This document shows, in pieces, positions 39,715 through 52,628 of a stretch of 64,000 nucleotides of DNA. The notes beneath the pieces were generated by a model. It made no database searches. It was not told the origin of the DNA and worked only from the letters and a program-made list of their open reading frames with translations. Source of the stretch: Eledone cirrhosa (taxonomy: Eukaryota); NCBI GenBank assembly GCA_964016885.1, contig OZ024743.1, forward strand, positions 145,886,001-145,950,000. The letters are read 5' to 3'. The position numbers and the translations under genes are program-made. How positions within the stretch are numbered: position 1 is the stretch's first letter; every line of letters begins with the position of its first letter.

Positions 39715-39955
39715 TGCCAGCAGACAAATGAAACTGGCTGGGCACTGCATGCGTTATCCAGAAGAGATGGCATCACAACTTGTGCTCTGGAAACCGGTGG
39801 TCGGACGAAGAAGCATGAGAAGACAGGTCGTCTCATTCATTGATACTCTGCTGTGAGATGCCAACATTGATAACATCGATGAACTGAGAAATGTCATGCT
39901 CGACCAGGACGTTTGGAGAAAGCGTACTGAGTCTTTGCGAGTGTAAACTCAGCCG
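39715..39955 (+). mobile_element. RTE-X-like LINE 3' tip
   Basis: KLAGHCMRYPEEMASQLVLWKP...LRNVMLDQDVWRK. Confidence 0.7.
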
Positions 39956-40215
39956 AAGAAGAAGTATAAGAGGAGGAACAACTGAACTCTCATGGAATTG
40001 ATTGAGATTCCAAATGATATTGAGAGTGCATGAAATGGTTTATGTGGCCCATTGGATCCTGCAAACTTTGCAGACCTAGCAATAGTGCTGTCAAGTTTAT
40101 AAATGAGGAAATTATCAATATATTGGATGAAGGAACAAGTCACTTGGTGACTGTTTCTTCATGGTGAAAATCTATACAATTTTCCAGAGTTCCTAAAAAG
40201 CTGTAACTTTGATGG

Positions 40216-40399
40216 AGAGCCACACACACACCCTTCCATACTTTGATATTTGAAAAGGGATGTGTTGGCAAGCTCTGGTAAAATCTAAATATGATTAACA
40301 AGCTTTGAGAGTCACACACACACACCTCCATACTTTGATATTGGAAAAGGGACGTGTTCGCAAGTTCTGGTGAAATCTAAACATGTTTAATAAGCTTTG
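40216..40399 (+). repeat. Direct tandem duplication, 2 x about 92 bp
   Basis: CCATACTTTGATATT.GAAAAGGGA.GTGTT.GCAAG.TCTGGT.AAATCTAAA at 40236 and 40328. Confidence 0.9.
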
Positions 40400-40447
40400 C
40401 AAGAATTTGAATAACTAATTTACATGAACACATGACTGGAGATGACA

Positions 40448-40854
40448 TCTATACATAATATAAAAGAGAGAAGTTTATTCGTTGGTTGGTTCCTTCGCGC
40501 ATCACACAAAAATAAAAAGTGACAATCGAAAAGTAAGTATAGTAATGGAATAAGGGTATATCCAGAAAGGTTTATTGGTATTAATTTTATAACATCAAAG
40601 AAGAAGAAAAACATCTCAAGTATGCTAACCAACCTGACTGCTATTTCTATCAGGTTGGGTATCAACCATAAGTGATGGTCGTGTTTCATGGCCAGCGTTT
40701 TTGATTGGTTTACACACACATACACATACACACACGCACTTACACATGCACACACACACATTTATATATAATTATCTATATACTGGACCGAGACCTTTGG
40801 CGGTACTCAGTAATAGAGAAGACCCGCCTTACCTTACAAAGTAAAACCTACTAG
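40448..40854 (+). mobile_element. Non-autonomous Helitron-like element (3' end uncertain)
   Basis: Starts A|TCTATACATAATATAAAA; 40450-40680 homologous to 48080-47890 on minus; CTAG|T at 40851-40855. Confidence 0.5.
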
Positions 40855-41865
40855 TCAGTAGGCATCTCTAACAAAATACACCCCCACCCCATCCATACCG
40901 CCCCTTTCAATGTAAAGTTATGTTGGTGCCACAACATCCAGGCCGAAACAAATGAGATCGTGTAGGTGTCACGTCAAAAAAACACACAGTTCACGCTGTA
41001 ATGTGGCCATGTAGGCAACACGGTAAAAACCTCCCAGACCCACACTGTAAATGTGGTTGGTGTTAGGAAGGGCATCCAGCTGTAGAAAACCCGCCAGATA
41101 GTCCTATGCGAGCAAGATAATCACTCTTGCCTCAAGTGGGAAAACCCCCATCCAAACCCATGCAAGCATGGAACACGGACGTTAAACGTTGATGATGATG
41201 ATGATGATCTATATATAATATAAAAGATTGGAATTTCCATTATCCTTTTGAGAAATGTGGACCAACCACGTCTATGCAATGACATGCACTTTACAGTCAG
41301 GCGGAAGATGAGCCATCTTCTATAGGCCACTATTCTTGGAGGCAATTATCAAGGAGAAAATGCATTTATTCCCAAGATTGCTCTTATCTTCTACCAAGTG
41401 GCCATTCAAATTCTCAAAACTTCAGTCCCCTCTTAGAGCCAGTTTTGCTATGACCACACATAAAGCTCAGACTCAGAGTTTCAAAGTTCTAGAATTGAAT
41501 ACAAGAGAATCACTTTTTACCCATGGATAGTTATATGCAGGTTGTTCACAGGTGGCAACACCTAGAAATCTCCATATACAATGCATGAACGGTGAAACAA
41601 AGAAGCTGGTGTATCTGGAAGATTTTTTACTGCTTTTTTATTTCTTTTGTGATACACACACACCACGGTCTCACCTCATACTTTAAACCAGACAATGCAT
41701 CCAATACAGTCGTTTTCTTTTCAACCAGTCTTCTCCAGGTGAAGCTGGGTATATCAGCTAGTTGTTACATAAAATGAGCATTATGGAAAACATGTCATTG
41801 TATCAAGAATTAAACTAAGAGTTTCTCACACCAATTTGCCATTCACCTTCATGTATTACAGTTTA

Positions 41866-44800
41866 TAATAATAATAATGAAATTATTGTGTAAAGTGCTC
41901 AGGTGCACTACAACTCGTCAATATAGTACATAGAATAATACACAAATGCCAGGGAAGTACATGTTTGTATGTGTTAGCTGTAGTGTTGGCGGATCTCGGG
42001 AAGCATGGAGGCCTTAAAGGATGCAGCGTCTCGACAGCTAACAACTGATGCAGGTAGTTTGTTCCATGCTTCAGCAACTCTGAGCGTGAAAAAATGTTTC
42101 CGAAAGTCATGGGAACTGTGCTGTTTTCTTACTTTGTGGGCATGTCCACGTGTGTTAGACACATGGAAATCGAAAAGGCACTCAGGGTTGTTGTTGGCAA
42201 CATGGTTAACAATTTTGTGGGTGTTTACCAAGTCAGTTGCCAGGCGTCGGAGCTTCAATGAATCCATGCCCAGGGAAGCAAGGCGATCAGAGTATGGTAG
42301 ATGCCTGATGGAGGGTATTCGCTTGGTTGCACGTCTCTGAACAGTTTCCAGGCGGTCAATGTCCTGAGCAAGATAGGGGTTCCAGACTGGTGATGCAAAT
42401 TCTAAGTGTGGTCGCACCATAGCTGTATACAGCCTTAAATAGATATCTGGAGAGCGGCTGACAAAGGTCTTGCTGAGTGATGCTAAGACACCCTCGGCCC
42501 TCTTGACAATTTTAGAGACGTGCCTCGTCCAACGCAAATCGCTGCTGACCGTAATGCCCAGGTCACGTTCACAGGAAGACTTCTTGATATTAGTGCTGTG
42601 GAGGGAATATGTGGACGCTGGGTTTTTACTCCCAAAATGCATGGTGGTGCACTTGTCCACAGCTAGCTTGAGTTGCCAGTCTGAGATCCACTGTTGCATT
42701 GTGTCCAGGTCAGACTGCAAGCAAGATCTATAGTGTTCAGGATCTGTCCTTTTTATCTCAAGGTACAGCTTGATGTCGTCTGCGTACTTTAGTACTGTGG
42801 CATTCCTTAAGTTGGCATCTATGTCATTAATATATGCCACAAACAAAAGGGGGCCAAGAACAGATCCCTGAGGTACACCAGATGACATCTCATATGGTGA
42901 GGAATGCTGTCCCAGAACCGTGACTACCTCTCTTCGACTGAGAATGAAGGACTTCAACCAGTTAAAAAGATCATCCTTCACACCCATTGCAGAGAGTTTT
43001 GCCATAAGCCTTTTGTGCGGCACAGAATTGAAGGCCTTCGCAAAGTCAAGGTAAACAACATCCACCCATGAGCCGCCATCAGTGATCCGGGTGATGTCCT
43101 CAAGAAACTCTATAAGTTGATCACAGCAGCTGGAGTTGGGGATAAATCCAAATTGCGAAGGCCGGATAAGACTGTGAGAGCTCCAGAAGTTCCAAAGTGT
43201 TTCTCTGACACAGGATTCCATCAGTTTGGCGATGCAACTAGTAAGACTGACTGGACGATAGTTCACAGGTGATGTGCGGTCACCCTTTTTGAACAGAGGA
43301 ATTACACTGGCAGTTTTCTACTGTTCTGGAGTAGCACTGTTGTTCAGACAGAATTGGAAGAAGCGTGATAACTGGTGTAGAAGGAAGTACCCACCACATT
43401 TAAGAAGCAGGTACGTAACACCATCAAGACCAGGAGAGGCATGGTTGCGTTTATTTTTTAGGTGACGTCGCAGCATTGCAGGTGTAAATTCCATGGTTGT
43501 AATAGAGTCCGGTGTCATAGGTGGTGGAGATGGTACACTCTGGTCTTCAATGGTGAAAATGCCTGCATAGCATTCAGCAATGAGCTCTGCGCATTCCTTG
43601 GGGTCGTCAGTAACCTGGCTTGTGTGGGGATTGCGAAGAGGACCAACTGGAGAGTGAGGCCTCTGCTTTGAGTGAACATACTTCCAGAACACCTTACTGT
43701 CAGGGCTGGTTGCTATGCGCTGCTCAAATTGAAGCACTGCCTTTTTTGTCACCTGTTTGAGGTGGTTGGACGATCTATTTCGCCTCTTCCTATTAATGTC
43801 TGATTTGTGAAGTTTGTACTCACGTTCAGCATTGCGCCGTTCTTTTCTGGCAAGACGGACTGCTGCAGTCTCCCAAATTGCGCTTTTAGGATGTTTTTTC
43901 CGCTTACGTGGCACCGATGCTGCACATGCTGTCCATATTGAGCTCAGGATGTTCTGGAGTACAGTGTTGACATCTCCAGAGTCATAGAACTCAAGCCAGT
44001 TTGGCCGTTGCAACTCGGTGCAGTAACAGTTCCAGTCTGCTCTATTCCAGTCAAAGTGAGCAGTTTGGAGATGGTTGTGGTTTTTGTTACTGCCCATGAG
44101 GGATAGATTGGCAATGATCATAGCATGATCAGAGTCACCTAAAGGTTCCTCAGCAGTAACACTAATGACCGTTTCAGGAGTAGTGGTGAAGAGTAGGTCC
44201 AAAGTGTTGTCACCTCTCGTTGGGGAGGTGACCACCTGGGACCAACTCGAGTCCAGCACCAGCTCAAGGAAGTCATTTGCACTTGGCGGCCAACGAAAGG
44301 TCTCCCAGTCAATCTCAGGGTGATTGAAGTCACCTGCAATGAAAACATAAGTGGCTGTCTTCCTGGCAGCAGCTCTGAGGATATCACAAAGTTGAGTGTC
44401 CTGATGGTAATTTGGGGGACGGTAAACGACTCCAAGTAGCAGTGTTGACATGGTCATACGTATATCGCAGAAAAAAACTTCCTGCTGTGATTGGTTCAAA
44501 TCAGCACAAGGAATTGCCGACAGATTTGACCGAACGTAGACCATTACACCACCACCACGACGATCAATACGGTCTTTACGAAACAGGTTGTAGCCAGTCA
44601 TGCTGAAAACCCCATCACAGAGTAAGGGATGTGCCCAAGTTTCCGTGACTGTAATGAAGTCCGGGTTGATACTTTTGACGTAGGAGTCAAAAAGATGAAT
44701 CTTATTGCATAGACTACGTGCATTCAAGGACAACAGTTTGTACTTTGATTCCAGTCTATGATTATGTGCAGGGGATGGCAGGTTGTTCTGATTTAGTTTC

Positions 44801-45050
44801 CCAGAGTTTTTTCAGTTTCTTTATTGTCAGTTGTTGTGGGTACACTGTTTTCAGACCAGCTGGTGTCTCTTTTCCATGATTCGCCAGCCTTAACAAACCT
44901 CCATATCTGCCCATCATCTCGTAGGCTGAAGCTTTCATGTTCTGCCGAGCTGCGGTTTAGGGAAGCTGCAGCATGCAACTTTGGGCGGACATCAGGTGGA
45001 AGACCAGGACGTGTTCGGAAAGCAATTCCAGATTGTATGGCTTTCTAACG
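41866..45050 (-). mobile_element. CR1-clade LINE: ORF1 C-terminal remnant, near-complete ORF2, 3' UTR and (ATT)n tail
   Basis: APE motifs SLNARSL, ITVTETW, RKDR..RRGGGV, YRPP, GDFN, LDL, SDH; RT motifs NYRPVSLTS, YLDFAKAF, GVPQGSVLGP, YADD; CR1-type C-terminus. Confidence 0.96.
41974..44796 (-). pseudogene. CR1 ORF2 (EN+RT) with one in-frame TAG at 43318-43320
   Basis: ORFs 43318-44733 and 41974-43266 share a frame, linked by PEQ*KTASVIPLFKKGDRTSPVNYRP. Confidence 0.92.
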
Positions 45051-45238
45051 TCAGTTAATTATTGAGTGAAATGTTGAATGCAAAAAATTCTTATTTAAAT
45101 AAAATTTATCTCTTAACAATGCAAACAGAAACCTAGAGGCAATTATTAGCAACTCTCAAAGAAATATGGAGATAATTTCTAAAAATTAAGGATTAATGTT
45201 TCAAAGGTCTGATCCTTGCTTGCATGCATCAGACAACA

Positions 45239-45274
45239 ATGGGCATGTTTCAGCCTATTAGACCTCATCAGCAT
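45239..45274 (-). ncRNA. Degenerate minimal hammerhead (cleavage UH mutated to CC)
   Basis: Minus: ATG CTGATGA GGTCT AAT AGGCT GAAA CATG CC CAT. Confidence 0.6.
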
Positions 45275-45722
45275 AGAATGAACTACATATAGCAAAAAAG
45301 ATCAGATTTTCTCCTAAGCATCTAAATTAACTTTGTGAGATTAATTAATTTCTGGAAATTATATACACTTTGCCACTAGAATTTTTCTTTTTCTAAGAAA
45401 AAAATTTCAAATAATTAAATTTTTTTGCATACATCATTCATTAATGAATTTATATCCAGCATCATACATTTGACCCATTTTTATTGTTTCCTTTGTATTT
45501 TTAAGAGTGCTAATTATACAAGTCAAAATTATTTGTAACTCTAAAACTCTTTGTCAATTGATTAAGAAGGCTTAAATGGATTATAGCATGCTAATGTTGT
45601 CTAGTAGACTGGAACATGTCCATAGTTGTCTCTTGCTTCTAAACAATGATCAGACTAGACTGTCCATTTAAACCTTCTTGATCATTTGACAAAAAGTTTT
45701 ACAGATGCAAATAATTTTGGCC

Positions 45723-47010
45723 TACGAGGTGTTTCAGAAAAAGAACAGGACTGGGGTCGCAAAAAAAATATATTTCAAATCCAAACTACAAACTACAAGT
45801 TTTCCCCTTCGAAATAATCCCTCCTCAATTCTAACATCCTTCTCTGCCATGCCGCCATGCACTCCTAGAAGGATTCTCCCAGGATTCTCTGCAGTTCTGT
45901 CATCACAGCCTTCTTGATGGCTTTCACATCCGGAAAACGGGTCACCATGTTGACCATCTTGATCTTGGAGAAAAGCAAAAAATCACATGGGCCCAGGTCG
46001 GATGAGTAAGGAAATTGCTCCAGCTCCAGGAGCTGCCGGATGCTCAGTGTGTTGTGAACTGGTGTGTTGTCATGGTCAAGCAGCCACAAGTTGTCCTGCC
46101 ACAACTCTCACCTCTTCTCATGCACTTAAAGTAAACGCTGCAGGATCTCTTTGTAGGCTTGCTGATTGATCGTCTGGACCTGTGGCAAGAACTCTTTGTA
46201 GATGATGCCCCTCACATCGAAAAACATGATCAACATGAATTTGACTTTGAACTTTGAAAGTCTTGCTTTCTTCAGCCTCAGCAATTCCAGACTCATCTAC
46301 TGAAAGCTCTGGCACTTGATCTCCAAATTGTATTTAAAGATCTATAACTCATCAACAGTGATAACTCTCCTCAGCAAATCTGGTTTGGTTTCAAGAAGCT
46401 CAAGAATGTCCTGACACACCTGCATGCACCACTCCTTCTGGTCATCATTCAGTAACTTCAGCACTATCTTCATGCAGATTTTCCACATGCCCAAATTGTC
46501 AATGATAATCTTCTAAATGCTGTTGCAGCCCATACTCAGCTCGCTTAAGATCAGTCAAACAGTTAGCCAACAATTGCCACACACAACTTGCCTCACATGC
46601 TCAAAGTTGGCCTCAGTCCTGCTCATTGAAGGCCTCCGCTCCCTGGGTCATCTTCCACATCCTCGCATCCCTCTTTGAACTTTTTGTGCCACTCAAAAAT
46701 CCATGAGCTCGACATCCTCTCATCTCCATACACATGCTGCAGTATTCCGAGTGCTTCTGATGAAGTTTTCTCCAGGTGGACCAGAAACTTCAAGTTGATT
46801 CATTGGTCTGTGCCCATCGCTTGATGACATAAAATTGAAGAGCTGTTAACAAAAGCATGTGCAAAAACATACAATGGCTAAAGAGAGCTGAGATCGCAAT
46901 TATATAGTCCCCAGAAATTATGTTATACAGTGACACAACCCGCTAATCACTATCCCACTCATTGCTCTCACAGCACACAAAGTCCTGTTACTTTTCTGAC
47001 ACAACTCGTA
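45723..47010 (-). mobile_element. Full-length degraded mariner transposon (about 1.29 kb)
   Basis: TIRs TACGAGGTGTTTCAGAAAAAGAACAGGACT / AGTCCTGTTACTTTTCTGACACAACTCGTA; transposase WLLDHDNTPVH and PYSSDLGPCDFLLF (YSPDLAPxD motif). Confidence 0.93.
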
Positions 47011-47733
47011 ATTTGCACTTTTAAAAAACACAAGGAAAACAACAAAAATGGATTGAATGCAAGAAGTTGGATAAATACATTAATGAATGATATAAATTAA
47101 CTTTGAGAGATTAATTCTGAATTCCTTGAAATTATCTCTCCTTTTCTTTGACACTTACTGACAACTAAGTTTTTGTTTTCATTCTCCAACTAAGAGAGGA
47201 ATTTCAATTAAGAATTTTTTAACTTATGTTCTTTAGTACCTCTTAATTTATTTATCCAAATTCATGCCATTAGTCAATTTTACTTATTGCCCTTAGCTCA
47301 TTTTACTCTGTTAAGAATTACAGAGTGGTATAAGTATTGTCACAATGTCTAAAAACAATTACCAACATTGGGGACACGTTTTTCAAAAATGTAATATCAT
47401 CTGAATAGCCAATTCAGATAAAGCAATATAAATTTGGATCACGAAATAACTATCACAATTCCTTTTTTTGTCTCGTTCTTGTACCATGATACTGAACGTC
47501 AGTCAGTCATTTCGGACACGGATTTCTTTATATTTTATCTAATTGATTTTAAAATATTCAAAAGTGTGTATGGGTATTTGGCTGGTAAGGGAGATGTTAG
47601 AATTGTAAATAGTTCAAAAATAGATCTCTCTGAAAATGTTTCTTTTTTAGAGAGAATCCTTGAAGTATCGTTGTAACAGAATTCCAGTTGCATTATGCCA
47701 TTATGCGTACTCTCATTTCTGTTATATATGCAA

Positions 47734-48080
47734 CTAGCTGAGGTACCCAGCTTGGATAGGGTAAACAGATGATAAGAGAAGACCTGTAGAAGAGAACACG
47801 ACTGTATATATATGTATACGTATCAGCGTTCGAATCGTTATAGACGCTGGCCACGAAACACGAGCATCGTTAACAACGCAGAGAGACTCCTTTATGATTG
47901 ATTCCCAGCCTGCTAGAAATGGCAGTCATGTTGGCTAGCATACCCGGGATGTTTTTGTTCTTCTGTGGTGTTATAAAGGAAATATCAATAAACCTTTCTG
48001 GTGTGATTACTTTTCGGTTGTTAGCTTTCGTTTTTATGTGATGCACGGAGACACCAACTAAAAATTATATTATATATAAA
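47734..48080 (-). mobile_element. Non-autonomous Helitron-like element
   Basis: Minus 3' end: ACCC..GGGT hairpin then CTAG|T; 5' half homologous to 40450-40680. Confidence 0.55.
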
Positions 48081-48129
48081 TACGGTCCGAGTTCAAATCT
48101 CGCCGAGGTTAACTTTGCCTTTATCCTTG

Positions 48130-48790
48130 CTCATCACTCCGAGCTAAACTTGATCATGAAACGGGTCCTGGCTCGGGTTAATATCCCCACAGTTCTGGAG
48201 CCGACTGGTTTATCCAGAAGTGGTGGGAAGAGACCAGACGGTCTTACCCTTTGTCCCTGGGTGAGAGGTAGATGTCTCATCTGAGACGTCACAGTCAGTG
48301 ACTCTTTTTCCCCCACCCACATCATGGACGCCGCGGTGAATGCGGGGGGGGGGGTCACTGCTTCCGCTGCCGAACGAAATAAAATTCGGAAATACCAAGA
48401 CTTATCAAATAATTGTTTTTTGCAGCCTGTGGCGTTCGAGACGTTCGGTGGAGTGGAGCCGCTGACAACGAAGTTCTTGTCTTCACTGGCAGCTCGCCAT
48501 ACTGAGGTATCAGGTGATACCTGTGAGGATGCCTGGTTATTTCAGCGTCTTAACTTCGCCATTACCTGTGGCAATGTTGGCTTGCCTGAAAGTGTACAAT
48601 TAACCCGCCAAGGTGTGAGGTGTTGCCGATTGTCGCACTTGGAGGTGAACTGCGCCCTCTCCCCTTTTTTTTTCTTTTTCCTTCTTTCTTTCCTTTATCA
48701 TTTTTGTTCATGATTTATATTTGTTATGTTATTTATGCATATATTTAAAATATATTTGCTACTGTAAATTTATACAACTGTAATAAAATA
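48130..48790 (+). mobile_element. CRE-clade non-LTR retrotransposon 3' fragment (restriction-like endonuclease)
   Basis: LEPTGLSRSGGKRPDGLTLCPW.RGRCLI*DVT...AERNKIRKY..PVAFETFG..WLFQRLNFAI..GN; preceded by a partial SINE A (48082-48128). Confidence 0.85.
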
Positions 48791-49329
48791 TTCAAACAAT
48801 TATAGATATAGTCAATGAAATGTTTACACGTGGATTCAATATAGAATTTTTGGAATGCATAAGCAATAATGAGCTGGACAGGTTATATCATTGATGTGTG
48901 TGTGTATGTGTGTGTTGCAAAACAGTTTGTTTCGTGGAACTTGTATGGACAATTTTCAATGCTTATGTGAAGGATATTGCCAGTTCAGGATAAGTTATGT
49001 AGACAATATACTCAGGTGTGCATGTGATGCAGTAGGTTAGAATAAAAAAACGGTTTGTTTTCTTTTCTTTAATTTCATATTCAGATTTCAAAGAGCAGCA
49101 TCCATGACCTTTACACTCAACAGGACTGAAAAGAGAATGGAGGGAAACACGACTTATAGGTTGTTGCAATAGAAAGCAGTATATCAATATATCCAATTAT
49201 CATCAGACATTAAACATGGTCTTTCGTTAAAGTACACAAGGGTCGAGGTGAGGGGAGAGAGTAATCTGCACAACGAAATGAATCTACCACTCAAATGTAT
49301 ATTATATGTGTCTCGCAGCGGAGATGGTC

Positions 49330-49517
49330 CGGGGGATTGGCAGTATCAGTACAGGGTCGGACGCCATGCTTTGCAGCATAGAGTTACGTCCCTTTATGGT
49401 CTGAGTTCAAATCCTACCGAGGTTTACTTTGCCTTTCATCCTTACAAGGTCTATAAAATAAAGTACCAGTAATGCGATGGGATAATTGCTGGCCTTGTGC
49501 CAAATATAAAAACAATT
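49330..49517 (+). mobile_element. SINE family A copy
   Basis: Family consensus. Confidence 0.88.
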
Positions 49518-50844
49518 ATATGCTATGATAAAAAAGTTATACAGTGAATAAGGACGAAATGATTATAGTCAGATCTCCTCTCTAATTAATCCCTACTCGG
49601 GTAGAGAAGGGTGTGTATTGAGAGAAAAGATGAGTCTTGTGTACAGTTTAACAAACAAAAAAGACTAGGACGGCTAAAAAAAAACATTTGTTTGGAATTT
49701 AAAGTTATCGAGATTTTAGTATTTTCTGAAGTCGCTAGTATTTTTTCTAGAAAATATCCCAGCTATGAAAAGTTGCTGATCCTATACATGGCACAAAAGT
49801 ACCGATCATACATTTGACACGATTCATGTTTCCACACATTGTTGATTATATCCCCAAATATTAGCTATCTATTTGTTTAGAAAGCTTTAATCATTAACGC
49901 TCTAAATCAATGGTTCGCAACCAATGATCCTGGGGTTCAATCACGTCTGAAGAAAGGTGCTGCAAAATTTTTTTTATATTCTGAACTAAAAGAAAACTTC
50001 TACATAGGCGGAAAAGTGAAGAGGTGTGAAAGCAATAAATATTTTTTCTGTAAAATATAGTTTTTAACTCTTGATTAAAATGATTCAGAGTAAAAGTTAC
50101 CTCCCTTACACTACAATTGCTGTGTAATTCCGTTTATATTTTGAAGCAGCCGATTTAATTTTGCCACACTTAACTTCAATCAAAATGCATATATATTTGT
50201 TGTAAAAAGAAACACGATTTGCATGCGACGACGGGGCGGACAGTGAAAGTGTGCCAATAGACGTATATATCACAAGCTATCTTTGTGAAACTCAATAAAA
50301 CTGAATGCATACCTGCATTTAACAAAGAAAGCAATTTCTGTTTTGCTTCAGTTGTCAAAAAGAAGGCAAAACTGCCAACCAACAACACTGAAGATTGGGT
50401 AAGAGTGTGTCATTAAACATTCGAAATCGAATTGTCGAAATTCGGCAGGAAAACTTAACGGACAATTTTTCCACCAAAAATATCTCTTGTCGACAAATTC
50501 TTTTGTCGTGTTGTTCTTTAAATTTACCATAATACAACAGTCATAATGTAATTAAGTTTATTTTGTTGTAATAAATATCAGCTGTATGCAGAAACTTTAA
50601 TTTTCATTTTTGCAATGTTGTATTATTATTCTCTCCAATCACTAACGCACAGTGGTTTGAATTTAGACATTCACTGCATTAGGCCTGTGTACCTCCTCGT
50701 GGAGACTCTCTCTTACTCTGCCTCCTATTTTTTTAAAATATCAATAGGATTCAGTATCGGTAATATATTGTTTCAATAAATTGGACACTTGAAAAATCAA
50801 AATGAGCCTAGTAAAACGAAATTATTAAAAAATACTTGGTTATC

Positions 50845-51027
50845 GGTGAATTGCCAGTATCGGTAGGCGGTTGGACGCCATGCTTTCTAGCATAGTTACA
50901 TCCCTTTACAGTCTGAGTTCAAATCCCGTCGAGGTTAACTTTGCCTTTCATCCTTACGGAGTCGACAAATAAAGTACCAGTAATGTACTGTTTATTTGCT
51001 GGCCTTGTACCAAAAGTAGAAACAATT
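50845..51027 (+). mobile_element. SINE family A copy
   Basis: Family consensus; degenerate TSD ATTATTAAA..ACTT.GTTAT. Confidence 0.88.
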
Positions 51028-51473
51028 ATTAAATAACTTAGTTATAAAGGGAGGCAATTCAGGTTGCCTTGAAATTTTAAGTTTGGGTCGGCCTTGATCG
51101 AGCTGACCTATAAATTAAAGACAATCTAGGTGTTCTATACAATCCGTATTTTTAAAGACATATTAGTCCATCATTTTTAACATGGTAGTTTGAAGTAAAT
51201 TTGACTGTTTTTCTTGAAAGACGAGCGACCAAATAGACGCTTTCCAGTATATATGTATGATATTCAGTCATTGGTCGATTATATCTATCTCAGTATATAT
51301 TTTATCAATCTCTATGTCGAACCGCTAAAGAGTCAAAATGTATTTTTTAGTTCTACAAGATCAATACTGACCTAAAGCTACAAACAGAAATACTTATTAA
51401 AACTCTTCTCAGAAATTTTAAGACAACTGAAATTACCTCCCTTGTTCCGTAAAACTTTTTAATCAGTTGTAAA

Positions 51474-51846
51474 TATAATAATAATATACTTTTACCAACA
51501 TTAAAATTCCAAATTAAAAATCAAAAGGTACAATATATACATGTATATATGTGCGCACACACACACACACACATATAACAACACACATATCTATGTTCGA
51601 CTACACAGAAATTAAGCCCTATTAGAAGTTTGAATATTAAAAATAAGCATGGTAATAGTGAAAATAATACTAATACATCTACCCAATATACATGAGGCAA
51701 TAATATGATATAATTACAAGAAACACATATAACAAATAATAAACAACAAAATTATATAATTCAATATAATATAATACATGTATATATTGTACCTTTTGAT
51801 TTTTAATTTGGAATTTTAATGTTGGTAAAAGTATATTATTATTATA
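51474..51846. repeat. 73-bp perfect inverted repeat (51474-51546 / 51774-51846)
   Basis: TATAATAATAATATACTTTTACCAACATTAAAATTCCAAATTAAAAATCAAAAGGTACAATATATACATGTAT and its reverse complement. Confidence 0.93.
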
Positions 51847-52111
51847 ATGTATTATATTGTGTTATATATAATTCCTGCTCTATATAACCAAATTTGTTTA
51901 GATTTAGGTTGGTTGCTTTGGACTATATTTGTAATATGGTTCTTAATGTTATCTACATCCTTAGTTATTCTTATTATATATTTTTATTATTTTTATCTTT
52001 ATTTTCATTTTTATTATCGTATATCTTTGTAAGACATTAGTGTATGTACACTCCATATTCTTCAGAGTTTCTGGCTTGTATCTGCCGATATTACCTCTTG
52101 TTGTTTTGATT

Positions 52112-52149
52112 GCCCTGATGAGTCCTTAATAGGACGAAACATTGTCGGC
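52112..52149 (+). ncRNA. Minimal type I hammerhead ribozyme (HHR1)
   Basis: GCC CTGATGA GTCCT TAAT AGGAC GAAA CATTG TC GGC: intact core, GUC site (cleavage after 52146); followed by AATAAA. Confidence 0.88.
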
Positions 52150-52197
52150 TAATAAAAACTTTTGATGTATTAAAGGATTCTTTGTTTTACTCTCTTA

Positions 52198-52239
<42 letters not shown>

Positions 52240-52386
52240 TTTGAGTATATGTTGGTTGTATACCAACACCTCGATATGCAGATTGGAGCACTCGACGAAG
52301 TGCGCAGGTTGGTTTGGTTACTCCGGAGTAATGTAAAATAAAATAAAATAAATAAGTCAAATGTTTAAAATTTGGCTTCGTTTATT

Positions 52387-52441
52387 ACTGCTATATATAT
52401 TTCGGTGACAGCCATCTTTGGCTGTCACCTCTTCAGGCAGT
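52387..52441 (-). ncRNA. Minimal type I hammerhead ribozyme (HHR2, left arm of palindrome)
   Basis: Exact reverse complement of 52629-52683. Confidence 0.85.
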
Positions 52442-52628
52442 CCGAATTAGTGTGGTAGAGACGAGTACACATGTTGTTGAGGTGTTTAACTTTGTCAATA
52501 CTCTGATATTCCCAGTTCCTGGTTGGGTTGTTGTTTCACTAACCCAACTAGAAACTGGGCATATCAGAGTATTGACAAAGTTAAACACCTCAACAACATG
52601 TGTACTCGTCTCTACCACACTAATTCGG

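Noticed and set aside
42005-42733. Plus-strand ORFs within the CR1
   Set aside because: Antisense shadows of the RT frame
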